A stretch of 63,751 bases of DNA, counting the filler, from Globobulimina sp. (Eukaryota): the NCBI GenBank assembly GCA_003354225.1. It is 42 parts of 42 records of this genome, joined end to end, with 100 filler letters (N's around TTAATTAATTAA, not from the genome) between each part and the next. Parts side by side here need not be neighbours in the genome. Positions count along the whole stretch, not along the records: positions 13,690 to 15,110 come from PIVH01016945.1; positions 15,211 to 16,631 come from PIVH01016946.1; positions 16,732 to 18,152 come from PIVH01016947.1; positions 18,253 to 19,673 come from PIVH01016948.1; positions 19,774 to 21,194 come from PIVH01016949.1; positions 21,295 to 22,715 come from PIVH01016950.1; positions 22,816 to 24,236 come from PIVH01016951.1; positions 24,337 to 25,757 come from PIVH01016952.1; 34 more parts are not named here. One strand, 5' to 3'. The number at the start of each line of letters is the position of its first letter. The stretch's first letter is position 1. The notes beneath the pieces are model-generated. The model did no database searches. It saw only the letters and a program-made list of their open reading frames with translations, and was not told where the DNA came from. Position numbers and translations under genes: made by a program. Below, in pieces: positions 14,325 to 25,857 of the stretch.

Positions 14325-15110
14325 TCATATGTCAAGCCAGTGGGTATGTATAAAGTTTGCAATTTGCAACATTGTTTGCTCTGCTTCAGGAAATAGGTCA
14401 ATCAAAAATGCTTGATCATGCATTGCATATTCAATAACAATATCATTCCATTGGATATTAAATTTATCCAAACATACTTTCTTAAAATCCATTACCTCTT
14501 CATATAATACCTCATTTTTACCTATAATCACAAAAAACTTTGTCTTCAAACCTTTTAAATTGACACCGCTAATTTTATTATCATTTAATATTTTTGTGCT
14601 ATTTGACATCATCCACAACGCATTGCGATATACATTTTTCCTCATTGGAATCGCATCAAAATTTGTAAATTTTTGCATCCACGCTTTCGTTGAACAGGTA
14701 ATATCCAACCATGGACTCATTAAAATTGCACCGTTAGGTTGTTTTATGTTATTTTTTAATATACGTTGTAAGGTCCAAATGGTTAGTATGCCGCCAGCGG
14801 AGTCAGCGTGGAATATGATATTATTTGCATTTACTTTAATATCATTTAATAAAAAGATATAAGCATTATATATGGTGTTGACCGGTGTAGGGAAAGAATA
14901 TTGCGGCGCCAGCTCATAGTCAATAAATAATATCCTCATTTTTAAATAGTTACTTACGTGACACACAATGCCATGATATGTGGTGCCTGAACCTAATACG
15001 AATGCACCGCCATGCACCATTAATATCGTTGGTGAATTTGTATTGTTATATTTATCCAAATCTGAGAGTAATTTATCTCCAATTATCCATAGAGCAGGTT
15101 TCTGATTTGA
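14325..15110 (-). CDS. Alpha/beta hydrolase, hormone-sensitive-lipase-type esterase, 5'-partial
   Basis: HGGAF oxyanion motif, DYELAP, ADSAGG nucleophile elbow, SPWLD, catalytic E (NEVL) and H (AMHD). Confidence 0.92.
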   Translation of the reverse strand, partial: SNQKPALWIIGDKLLSDLDKYNNTNSPTILMVHGGAFVLGSGTTYHGIVCHVSNYLKMRILFIDYELAPQYSFPTPVNTIYNAYIFLLNDIKVNANNIIFHADSAGGILTIWTLQRILKNNIKQPNGAILMSPWLDITCSTKAWMQKFTNFDAIPMRKNVYRNALWMMSNSTKILNDNKISGVNLKGLKTKFFVIIGKNEVLYEEVMDFKKVCLDKFNIQWNDIVIEYAMHDQAFLIDLFPEAEQTMLQIANFIHTHWLDI

Positions 15111-15464
15111 NNNNNNNNNNNNNNNNNNNNNNNNNNNNNNNNNNNNNNNNNNNNTTAATTAATTAANNNNNNNNNNNNNNNNNNNNNNNNNNNNNNNNNN
15201 NNNNNNNNNNCATTCCCATGAATTCCAGCAACACTAGTAGTCACACCAATCATTTGAACGTGATTAAAGTTTTCACCATTTTAAAAATCATGAATAAGAG
15301 TTTTTTGAAAGTGCAACGAAAAAGTGTGGGAGGATCGTCGTTCTCAGATGTTACAGTTAAAGATCTGAAATCGACTCTAATTATACAGATTCATACGGAT
15401 AAATGTACAGATAATATGAGAGACAACAAAAAATAATTATATAAAGATTCGCAAATTCGCAGTC

Positions 15465-16631
15465 TTATGCAGCACCATACCGTACATGCGGTAAATCATC
15501 ATATCCCGCTTCAAACTTTGTTTTAAAATAAATTTGTGCTCCGTTATAATCCACAATCCGATCATAACCACCTTTTCTCCCAAATACAGCAAGCGGATAT
15601 TCATTGCCTCCACCACTCATTGCATCCACTTTTTCTTTAATTAAGTTATGTTTTTCTTGTTCTTCAATAAACGCTCGATACGAAAGCACCACAAAAACGA
15701 TATGCATCACTGCCCAAAATATAAAATTTGCGATAAAAAAAATGCGGTCAAAATTCACCTCAATATCATCGTCCACAGCTTCAACAAACGCAGTTTCGAC
15801 GGCAATTAAAAAAATAAAACCAAACGTAAAAAACGTATATTTATCCAATATGGTTAAGTATCGTAATTGCGGTAAATAGGTAGTAATGACAAACATGTAC
15901 GCCACAGCGGATAAAAACATAGTCGATAAATACGCAAATCTGTCTGCGATCGACTCTGAAATGTCACCAAAAATAAAAGTTAAATTCGTTAAAAGCGAAA
16001 TAATGCCTAAAATAACAATAACTCGCTTTAAATAAAACCTCCACTCTCTCTGTACTGTAAAGCGCATAAATGCATATTTTGGCGGGAAGTTGCTATATTC
16101 GATACATTTAAACTCCAAATGTGGTTTATCCATATTCCAACCATTCAAATTTAACACACCGTCCATGAACATAAATAAACAGTATTCAGACATTAATTTA
16201 TGTTTATAATCTCGCATATAATTTTGGTCCCGAAATTCGAACGTAATCGGAATCTCTAAATGTTGCACATCGAAGGGGAAATTGCCTAATTCCAACGGCT
16301 CAGACAGCTCTGCATTGATCCACCATATATTGGCAATGGACAATGATTTAAAATCTTCATCATAATAAATTACAAATTGTTTGTTGTTATGAAAAGTCAT
16401 TGCTTTTCGCTCTAAGATTTCCACAGTGTTTAAAGAGTAAACTTGCATGAAATCTTTTGGTGAATATTCATCCGGATTCTTAATATAATTTAACTTTTGT
16501 TGTTTGGTCATTTGTGTGAAACATGACACTTCAAATCGAGAACGGTAAGATTCTGTTTGCGAATCCAAGCGGGTGACACCTAACACATACACACTAAATT
16601 TAAATTGTACACACTCTTTGTTTTTATTTCC
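15465..16631 (-). CDS. Pentameric ligand-gated ion channel subunit, Cys-less (Pro-loop) type, 5'-partial
   Basis: LELGNFPFDVQHLEI loop, VQREWRFY pre-M1, ADRFAYLSTMFLSAVAY M2, LPQLRYLTILDKY M2-M3 loop, four TM segments. Confidence 0.9.
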   Translation of the reverse strand, partial: GNKNKECVQFKFSVYVLGVTRLDSQTESYRSRFEVSCFTQMTKQQKLNYIKNPDEYSPKDFMQVYSLNTVEILERKAMTFHNNKQFVIYYDEDFKSLSIANIWWINAELSEPLELGNFPFDVQHLEIPITFEFRDQNYMRDYKHKLMSEYCLFMFMDGVLNLNGWNMDKPHLEFKCIEYSNFPPKYAFMRFTVQREWRFYLKRVIVILGIISLLTNLTFIFGDISESIADRFAYLSTMFLSAVAYMFVITTYLPQLRYLTILDKYTFFTFGFIFLIAVETAFVEAVDDDIEVNFDRIFFIANFIFWAVMHIVFVVLSYRAFIEEQEKHNLIKEKVDAMSGGGNEYPLAVFGRKGGYDRIVDYNGAQIYFKTKFEAGYDDLPHVRYGAA

Positions 16632-17189
16632 NNNNNNNNNNNNNNNNNNNNNNNNNNNNNNNNNNNNNNNNNNNNTTAATTAATTAANNNNNNNNNNNNN
16701 NNNNNNNNNNNNNNNNNNNNNNNNNNNNNNNTAACTAAATGTATTGTTTCTATTGTAAAGTATTTTTATTATTTTGTGTGATATTTTTTGTTATTGTGTT
16801 TTATGTGTATTTGTATTTGTTATTGTATTGTTTTTAAATATTTGCATCGCTGTTTGTTGGGTGAGTTGTGCTTTTTTGTCAGTGCAAGGATAATTTGCTT
16901 ATTCAGCAAATATTTGCTTGTTCAGCAAATGAATCATGTAAACTTTTTTTCAGCAAATGAATCATGTAAACATACAAAGTGTCACTTTTAATTGTGATTT
17001 TAAATGTATTTTTTGTTAAAACTTTTTGGGTGGTTTGGTCATTTATGACCAGGCCATGGGTCCAACAACAACTATAATAAAGTCGCAAATGGATACCATA
17101 ATCTCAATCCATAATGCAAAGTCCTCCGGATCTCAATATAAGTAATCTGGAAACGCTTATGGTTTGAATGTAAAAATGGATTCAAATTT

Positions 17190-17940
17190 ATATCGTAATC
17201 TATACAATTTATAAAATTATATTGCGTCAACCAATGATATTTAATCAAAATAATAAGAATAACACAAATTTTATACGTACATTCAACATAAATTAGGTCA
17301 ATAAATTAATATAAAATTAATTAAAATATCAATATTCTATCATAAACCAATGAGATTTAATCAAAATAAGAAAATTCAAGCAATATTCAAACAATATTCA
17401 ACATATAAATGATATAATACAAAATTTATGCGATGGAATTTGTGTGGAATGTAAACAATTTTTATAATTATATTCAATATAAATTCAATAAAAAAATGGA
17501 TATACAATTAATTGGAATATCGATATTCTATCACAAACCAATCACATTTAATGAAAGCAATCATAAAATCGTAATTTAGAGGATTAATTTAAGTCATTTT
17601 AGGACAAATTTAAGTAAAATAAATCATGAAAATTTGGAATGTATACAATTTTTATAATTACATTCAACATATAAATCAATTGGAAAATCGGTTCATTTGG
17701 ACGAGAAATATCAGACTTTTTACATATTTTATTTGTTGATTATAAAATACATCGAGTAATTCCATGTATTCTGTAATGATTTGATTATTTTGTTCGATGT
17801 TTATATGGTTTATATACATTTTATAATTACATTCAACAAATAAATCGATACAAAACACAAACCAATCATATTTAATTGAAGTAATAATAAAATCGTAATT
17901 TGAGGGGATTAATTTAGGATACATTTAGTCAAATTTATTC
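17190..17940. repeat. Degenerate AT-rich dispersed/tandem repeat array
   Basis: Recurrent AACCAAT...ATTTAAT motifs (~17230, 17345, 17536, 17861) and TATAATTAYATTCAA motifs (~17463, 17653, 17822). Confidence 0.6.
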
Positions 17941-18091
17941 AAAAGAAACATCAATTCAAAGCCAATTTATTCAAAAGACTGTGATTCATTTCCAGATAAA
18001 AACATTTTTGTGTGCTTTTTTTCAGATCTTCTCGTTTCTCGCAAAGCAAAATGTCTTTGCTCAAAAAAACAAGAGTTTACATCATAATAAC

Positions 18092-18152
18092 ATTATTTGC
18101 TGAATAATAAGATTATTTGCTGAATAATAAGATTATTTGCTGAATAATAAGA
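18092..18152. repeat. 20-bp tandem repeat, 3 copies to the contig end
   Basis: ATTATTTGCTGAATAATAAG repeated exactly. Confidence 0.9.
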
Positions 18153-18520
18153 NNNNNNNNNNNNNNNNNNNNNNNNNNNNNNNNNNNNNNNNNNNNTTAA
18201 TTAATTAANNNNNNNNNNNNNNNNNNNNNNNNNNNNNNNNNNNNNNNNNNNNTTATTGGGGTAAGGTGTAAGCAAACCGTTTCTGGTGACTGATAAAGGT
18301 AAAAATAATATAGGTTTGCCTTCGTTTCTCAGAAACAATAAAAATCTGACGCTGAAAACCTGATGCTCTTTATACAAAGGGGACGGTTATTCAATGGAAT
18401 CTATGGTTAAATAATCGAAATAGATGCAAACTTTATTTAGAAAAAGTAATTTTTAGGCTTTTTATTTTGAGTCAAAAATAACAACAACAACAAAATAGAT
18501 AGAAGTGCAAATTTTAGAAA

Positions 18521-19673
18521 TTAAACACAATGATAACAATTATGTAACCATCTCTCTTTCCAACCATTAATTTTGCATTCTTTATTGTTTTTAACTAACT
18601 GTGCTGTATCACCAATATTATGTCGTTCATTTTGATTAAAATATTTTCTCATTGGCTCAATAAATCGAAATACAAATATCACCATCCAATCATCAAAAAC
18701 ACCATCTTTACTAAATTTATTTTCTAAAATTTCAAAATATTCATTTGCATTTTCAATCTGTGCACGAATTTCTAACCTTATTTTTAATCTTTTTCTTTTT
18801 GAAAACGATATTTTTTGTAATACATTCTTTATTTTATGGTTCTCATTAATTGTAATCGAAATAAATTCTAATGTAATTTGACTGAATAAATCCATTAAAA
18901 TATCTTCAAATTTATTACCATTATTTTGAACATCATCACTATAAAATTGTAAATGAACTCTTTGTAATGTTTTTGCACTTTTTATTATATTATTTATGCA
19001 GTGATAATTTGCATCTGTAATACACACTTCTTTTAAATTAATAAATCCGTTTTTTGGACATGTAATAAATTCGTTTGTATATAACTTCTCAAAATGTAAT
19101 GATAATAATCTATCACTAAAATAATGCAATAAATGATTTGGAAAACTGACTTCCAATAAAGATACACCTTGTAAATTATTAAATATTTTGTTTCTGAATT
19201 GTTGATTCTCAAAAATTGATTTAAAAGCTGGACTAAGTAAAATTGATTGACAACCAAGTTCTAAAAATTTTATATTTTTGAAATGTTTTAATAACTCACA
19301 AAATGATTTAATATAATCATCATATCCGTGTAATTTAAGTATTTCAATTCTATCAAAATTGAAACATTTCACCTTCAAACATTTCTTCGTGCTCTTTGTA
19401 TCGGCGCAATTAATTAATAATGATTTCGTATCTTGTGATAATGATAAATTATGAATGGATTTCATTTTTGCAATACAACCTATACTAATTTCAAAATTAA
19501 TTACTTTTTTATATTTTACTAATTTTAAATGTTGTTTTGATTTATAATTTCTTCTAAATATTTCTCCATCAATTGTTGTGACTGTATTTGGATCGTTACA
19601 GGAAATAAATACAGATCTTGATACATTTTGTAATGAATTATAATCAATAAATGGTAAAAAAGAGGCACATTAC
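18521..19673 (-). CDS. F-box/LRR-like hypothetical protein, 5'-partial
   Basis: Frame open upstream of 19465 (FLPFIDYNSLQNVSRSVFISC, F-box-like); LxxLxL patterns (NLQGVSL, LLSLHF, NLKEVCI, TLQRVHL). Confidence 0.55.
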
Positions 19674-20131
19674 NNNNNNNNNNNNNNNNNNNNNNNNNNN
19701 NNNNNNNNNNNNNNNNNTTAATTAATTAANNNNNNNNNNNNNNNNNNNNNNNNNNNNNNNNNNNNNNNNNNNNGAAATTATAAAGTCTCAACCAGGAATA
19801 ATTTCCAAACAAAGCGATTTGCCCAAGTTCTTTACTCGTCAAAATATAAACAAAAAGACCAAGTCCAAGCGGATCGCAAATGTCAATTCTGATATGGTGC
19901 AGAACGAATGTCAACAGGAACTGGAGAATCAAAAACCACTTGAATTCGGTGAAAACTGCATGATAATATAGCTTGCATCTTTGTATGTAATTAAGCAAAA
20001 TGAATAAAGATACTTTACCAAAGTCATTTAAAATCAAAATTGTTTTACACATACAATCAAATCAATCATACAACAATCGAAAATCGGTATTACTACTACT
20101 ACACACTACCCTAATTGTGTCCATTTTATAT

Positions 20132-20839
20132 TTACATGTTCTTAAGTTGTTCCATCTCTTCGGCCAAAACGTTTTTCAATTGAGCCAAAGCTTCGATATT
20201 TTCCATCGACAACACAGCCAATCCCTTTTTGGCCACGTAGCTGTCACTGTTGTAGGATTCGGGAGCGCCACCAGAAACGGAGATACGAAAAGCGCCGATG
20301 TGGATGGCAAACTTGTTGTACTTCTTGACGATCTGAACGCAGATATCCGACGACATCGACTGATCCAACTTGAACACGCGCCCGGACACGTCTGAAAATG
20401 GTCAAAATTACTTACAAATACAGTAGTCTTTTGGGCGTCATTTAAACAACGCCGACATCGAAAGTGCGTCGAATTTTAAAATGCAACGCAAAGCAGTGAA
20501 TGTTTAAACTACATTGTATTCTGACAATATGTCATTCATGGTACAATACAGTTCTCAACTCGCTGCAGTTATCTGCGTTAAATACATATAATGTGCATCT
20601 CTTTCTCACTTACTTCCATCACGATGTTTAGTAAGTTTGTTCCAAACCACAGAATACTTGACCGAATGATCTTTCATCGGTTCAGACACAGGACCAACGT
20701 TTCCATGTGTTTCGTCCACAATTTCGGGAGCTAGTGAGATCGGCAACTTTCTTTTCTTCGCACTTTTCTCTTCATTCAAACGAGCAGGTAACAAGGTGCC
20801 ATCTCTCATCAACGGAGGAGTCAATTGTTCAGCGGCCAT
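20132..20839 (-). CDS. Two-exon ~160-aa protein with a PC4/p15-like C-terminal domain; intron 20392-20613
   Basis: Phase-1 donor A|GTAAGT and acceptor TTTTCAG|AC join ORFs 20606-20839 and 20132-20389 in frame; KKRK NLS; IHIGAF...KKGLAVLSMENIEAL resembles PC4 IDIREY...KGISL. Confidence 0.55.
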
Positions 20840-21013
20840 AGTGAAATTAGTTTCAGTAAATGTAAGAACAAACGAGTGAACTAAGACAACGACAATACAA
20901 TGTTACAGACAGTGAAACGAACGAGTCAGCACACCATATGACAGATGCCGATGTTTGCTTGTTTGGATGAGTCATTTGTTTTTGTTTTATAATTTTCAAA
21001 ATTTAAGGGCCGG

Positions 21014-21194
21014 CCACTTTTTATAACTCTTGGCGCCAAGTATGACTCATCGTAAACGGGTCTGGGCAGGCCCACTTTCTATAACTCTTGGCGCCAAGCC
21101 AAGTATGACTCATTGTAAACATGTCTAGACAGGCCCACTTTTTATAACTCTTGGCGCCAAGTATGACTCATCGTAAACGGGTCTGGGCAGGCCC
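21014..21194. repeat. 58-bp tandem repeat (at least 3 copies) with a 12-bp palindrome and TGACTCA
   Basis: Units start at 21014, 21072 and 21135; each has TATAAC, CTTGGCGCCAAG and ATGACTCAT. Confidence 0.95.
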
Positions 21195-21294
21195 NNNNNN
21201 NNNNNNNNNNNNNNNNNNNNNNNNNNNNNNNNNNNNNNTTAATTAATTAANNNNNNNNNNNNNNNNNNNNNNNNNNNNNNNNNNNNNNNNNNNN

Positions 21295-21588
21295 AATGTT
21301 TTATCTGTTGTATATTTCGATGAAAATAGAGATAAATGTGTAAAAAATGGATGTTGCGCTTATTCAAAATGTAAACTTGATGCAGTAATCAATAGTGATT
21401 GTTGTGGTGATGTATTTTGTGGGCAACATTGCAAAGTATTTGATATGGCACATTATAGCAACAAAAATGAAGAAAAAAAACAAATATCATTTTGCATCAA
21501 CTGTTTTATTCAAAGAATTAAGACCAAGAATTTACACGCAGAGACATGTGAGGATGCATTGAGTGTACAACTTCAATATTATACTTAA
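21295..21588 (+). CDS. Cys-rich C-terminal fragment of a hypothetical protein
   Basis: Frame reading KCVKNGCCAYSKC...DCCGDVFCGQHC...CINC, ending in TAA. Confidence 0.45.
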   Translation, partial: NVLSVVYFDENRDKCVKNGCCAYSKCKLDAVINSDCCGDVFCGQHCKVFDMAHYSNKNEEKKQISFCINCFIQRIKTKNLHAETCEDALSVQLQYYT

Positions 21589-21670
21589 TTACTGATCGTG
21601 AGGACCTATACACATCAGATTAATCTAAGATTTAGGGGCACACTGTTGAGCTGAGTTGAAAACTTGTTGC

Positions 21671-22621
21671 ATGGCACAAGCTTTAGAAGAAAGTAAAGAG
21701 GAAATACATGAAGATGAAGAAAAAAACCAGGTTGACTTCAATAAGATAACACACAAGAAATGCAATTCAGTTCAACTATTCAATGCACTGCAATTGTTTG
21801 AGCAAAGTTTATTTATTGATATTCGATCGAAAAAGGAATATAAAAAAAATCATATTCGTTCATTTATTAATGTCCCAAAACATTGTAAAAAAAAATATGC
21901 ACTGCATAAGGTTAAAAAAGCATTGTCTTTGATGTATAAAGATTTATTAATTAATATTTATTGTTATTCAAACAAGCAATCAAATAATGAAACATGGCAC
22001 AAATATATTCATCAATTATTAGTTGAAGAATTTAAACAATATAATTTTAAGTCATTTAATATTTTATCCGTTGATTATACATCATTTTCAAATAAATTTG
22101 CTATGTTAATCACAAAACAAATACCAAAACAATATGAAATTTTTACCAGATATCCAAATATTATAATTGATGATAAATTATATTTAGGAGATGCGGATCA
22201 TGCTAAAAATAGGAACATTATCAATGATTTGGGTATCACACACATTGTAAATATGACCTGTGAGGTTCAGTGTGCATTTAAATATGATGAAAAACTGGCA
22301 TTTATCAAATATTTACAATGCAAGATTATGGATGATCCCTATACGGATATTGACCAATTATTTGACAAATGTATCAATTTTATTCATAATGCATTGAATG
22401 AAAACGGGGAAAATAAATGTTTGGTGCATTGCGTTGCTGGAATATCCAGGTCGAGTACAATTGTGATTGCATATTTAATGAAAATAAAACATATGAAATA
22501 TGCGAATGCATTGGAATACACAATGAAACAAAGAACAATTGTTTGGCCAAATAACGGATTTCAACGGCAATTGAAATCTTGGGAAACACGGGGATATAAA
22601 GCATTGGAGTTAGATGATTAA
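21671..22621 (+). CDS. Dual-specificity phosphatase with N-terminal rhodanese domain (MAPK-phosphatase-like)
   Basis: FIDIRSKKEYKKNHI; LYLGD, LGITHIVN, VHCVAGISRSSTIVIAYLM, WPNNGFQRQL. Confidence 0.95.
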   Translation: MAQALEESKEEIHEDEEKNQVDFNKITHKKCNSVQLFNALQLFEQSLFIDIRSKKEYKKNHIRSFINVPKHCKKKYALHKVKKALSLMYKDLLINIYCYSNKQSNNETWHKYIHQLLVEEFKQYNFKSFNILSVDYTSFSNKFAMLITKQIPKQYEIFTRYPNIIIDDKLYLGDADHAKNRNIINDLGITHIVNMTCEVQCAFKYDEKLAFIKYLQCKIMDDPYTDIDQLFDKCINFIHNALNENGENKCLVHCVAGISRSSTIVIAYLMKIKHMKYANALEYTMKQRTIVWPNNGFQRQLKSWETRGYKALELDD

Positions 22622-22815
22622 GATTGTAATTACTTGTGTCCTGCGCAGATCTTTTTGTTCGCACAGCTCAACTACAACAAAAAAACAGCATTTTAACCTT
22701 TTTAACGCAGTATTANNNNNNNNNNNNNNNNNNNNNNNNNNNNNNNNNNNNNNNNNNNNTTAATTAATTAANNNNNNNNNNNNNNNNNNNNNNNNNNNNN
22801 NNNNNNNNNNNNNNN

Positions 22816-24236
22816 GCCTCCTTCACTGTATTTTTTTAATGTTAACACTATTCCTGATCCACCTGAAAATAGTGCAGCTTTGGTAAACTAAATCAAATAT
22901 AGATTCTTAATCATATCAAACACATACAATCAATTAACAAAACATACATTGTCCGTTGTACTTGTCGGTAAATTAAATCTTGTGGCGAACATTCCAAAAT
23001 TAAATATTTTCGTCACACCCCGATAATATTTACCTTTGTTTAGCTGCGATCCATAACATTGCACACATTCTGATAATAATTTGGCCCAATTGCAAATTTC
23101 AGCAATTTGGGTTGCATTTTCTGAGCGTAAAATGGAACAAAATAAACCACATTCTTTGGTATAATCAGTGTATAATTTTAATGCACAAATATGTTCCATT
23201 GAGAATACATTACCTTTTTGAATATTATATATTTTGGTATAAAACCCATTTGCTTTGATTTTCTTCACTTCATCAGTTTGTAAGTCAACCTCCGCTTCGT
23301 TGGCTAAGTATTGCCATCTTTCAATATCAAACCCAATCACTTGATTTTGTAACATCTCTTGCTTTAAATCTGGATAATTTCTGTTGATAAAATGTTTATG
23401 ATTTTTCATTGACTGCCAAAAATAAAATCGAACCCCTAAATCATAAATATCTCTCTGTTGAGTTTGTTTGCTGTCATCAACTTTTGATTCTTCATCGTGT
23501 GATTTATGATCATCGCAGTCTGGAGCTGCAATCACCTCTTTTTCCTCAACAACAACTATTTTGGGTGTGGTTAATACCCATTTGCCTGTATTGATTTTTT
23601 TATATATATCAGCCAAATATTTCTTGTTATAACCATTGATTGATTTGAATTCTTTGGCAAATTTAACACTGTGTCTAAACTCAGGAGTGCCTCTAACAAA
23701 TATATTGCCATCGATGTTTAATTTGGCTGCGATTTGTTTAAATTGAGCCAATTCAATCTGAGGATATAACCCATTAATTATAATCCCTGCAATCTTAATC
23801 AGATTATGATTGTTCAAATCCTTTTGTTTGACTTGTGTTGTAAGTATACATTCATATATTTTTCTTCGTGTTTGTTTGTCGCATTGTAAATGATGAATTA
23901 ATATATTATTTTCATCCAATGGTAATTTTTCGTCATCCATTGAATAATATGCATCAATAACATCTGTTATAAATTTATTTTTATCATCTTTATATTCCTT
24001 GAATGCATTACGTAATTCTGATTCTTGTGTTAACACATTCTGTTCCTTCAAGTTTTGACATATTGAGCGGAAATCTATAAAATTGTGTTTAAATTCGTGT
24101 GGTATTTCATTGAATTTATCATTGTTCCACGCAATATTTAATTGATTGATATGCTCGGAATGAATAAAATAAACATGAATTCTTGTTATTAATTTAATAA
24201 TATATTCGTTATGAAAGTCTTTATCATTATGACATA
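22816..24236 (-). CDS. Large protein fragment with an ADP-ribosyltransferase-like (R-S-E) domain; intron 22888-22947
   Basis: ALKLYTDY helix, YYRG, F..PTSTT, then after the intron FTKAALFSGGSGIVLTL. Confidence 0.65.
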
Positions 24237-24666
24237 NNNNNNNNNNNNNNNNNNNNNNNNNNNNNNNNNNNNNNNNNNNNTTAATTAATTAANNNNNNNN
24301 NNNNNNNNNNNNNNNNNNNNNNNNNNNNNNNNNNNNTACTCAGTACAAACTTTCGTTTCAAAACAAGAAACCTATGCATACATAAAAATGTACTGTAGTT
24401 TTTGTTCAATAAAAACGTACTGTACGTACATAGACAATAGATACAGTATGCTTCACATTTTATGACAAAATAGCCACCTGATACTGTAGTTTTGATTTAA
24501 AAACAGACACAACAGTTACTGTAGGTTTGTTTGAAAAAATCAAACATGGTATGTATACAGTTTTGTACAATAGACAGATATGGTACATGGTATGGTAGAT
24601 TATTGTTATGTTTGTAAAACAAAACTACAATACAGTTATGGTATGTACACAATAAAAAGAACTTAC

Positions 24667-24862
24667 TTGAATCATTAAAAAGGTTTTGAAATAATTGGAG
24701 TTGAGCACCATTGCCATGATTGTATGACCAAAAATCTTCACCCAGTTCGGCTTGTCTCAATCCCAAATCCATGCTTCTTAGGGCAATTTTGTTCCATAAC
24801 TCAGAGCTGTCTTTCCACAGACCTGACTTCACCAAATCCTTGAGCTGAGATAGCACTTGAGC
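24667..24862 (-). CDS. Probable internal exon of an unknown gene
   Basis: Open frame bounded by a TTCTTCAG acceptor and a GTAAGT donor. Confidence 0.35.
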
Positions 24863-25141
24863 TGAAGAAGACATATTCATAAGATACAAAAAGCAAACAA
24901 TGACATTAGTGGAAAAACGGCTTTCTTATATTTGGGGTGGGGGTAACCTATGGACACCCTTTTGGTGGTCTACTAATTAATTTTAAACAACGTTTTTTAA
25001 AGTTAAACAATAATTGTGTAAGTTTGGCGTCGCCTGTCTACCTCCCCCCTCTTATGTAATAGGGGTAATTTTGGCTAGAAACAGTCATTGTTCAAGTGAA
25101 CTGATAAAAAAAGGTTGTGTCTCTCTTTTTCTCTCTCAAAA

Positions 25142-25757
25142 ATGTCTTTCGAATTATTTAATGAAGATGCTATGATGTCGTTTCCCGCCAATTTCGATTT
25201 AGATTATCAAATGACGTCATCTACAACCAACCCCTTAGTGACGTCATTCCCTGTCATGCCAAACCCCGCCCCTTCGGTGATGTCATTCCCTGTGGTCTCA
25301 AACTCCGCCCCTTTGGTGACGTCAACTCCCGTCAGTCAACCGGCCCAAGCAAACGAGTCTACTCTGCCGGATCAGACAATGGTCAAACCAGAAGTGGAAC
25401 AGAAGAAACGAAATCGACGCAAACAGCCCAACCCTTCCAAATCGACCCCAAAACGACCCAAGGCGACTGTAAAAATCGAACCCAAAAAGAAGGAAGTTAA
25501 AACTGGCAAACGTGACAAAAAGAAAACCAAACAAGTACTCAAACAGGCTTTAATACAAATCCCCGAAATGAAGGAAATTAAATTTGAACAACCGGCCAAT
25601 TTGATGTTCCCTCAACTATCCCATACCATCTACATGTGTGAAAAATGCTGGAACGAAACAAAGAAAATCCCTGTGACAAACAAAAACTCAAAAATGAATA
25701 TTATCATAACTTTATGTAATAATTGTGTGGGGTTCAACTCCCAAATTATAGCTCTCT
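25142..25757 (+). CDS. Hypothetical nuclear protein: P/S/T repeats, basic region, CxxC...CxxC; 3'-partial
   Basis: ~13-aa repeats (PLVTSFPV/PSVMSFPV/PLVTSTPV), KKRNRRK, CEKC...CNNC. Confidence 0.55.
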
Positions 25758-25857
25758 NNNNNNNNNNNNNNNNNNNNNNNNNNNNNNNNNNNNNNNNNNN
25801 NTTAATTAATTAANNNNNNNNNNNNNNNNNNNNNNNNNNNNNNNNNNNNNNNNNNNN

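Noticed and set aside
14325-14328. ATGA overlap between the esterase and the next ORF
   Set aside because: A second ATG at 14280 is an equally good start, there is no RBS, and a chance overlap in a compact AT-rich genome suffices.
21014-21194. Palindromic 58-bp repeats as CRISPR
   Set aside because: The sequence between palindromes is also repeated, so there are no variable spacers.
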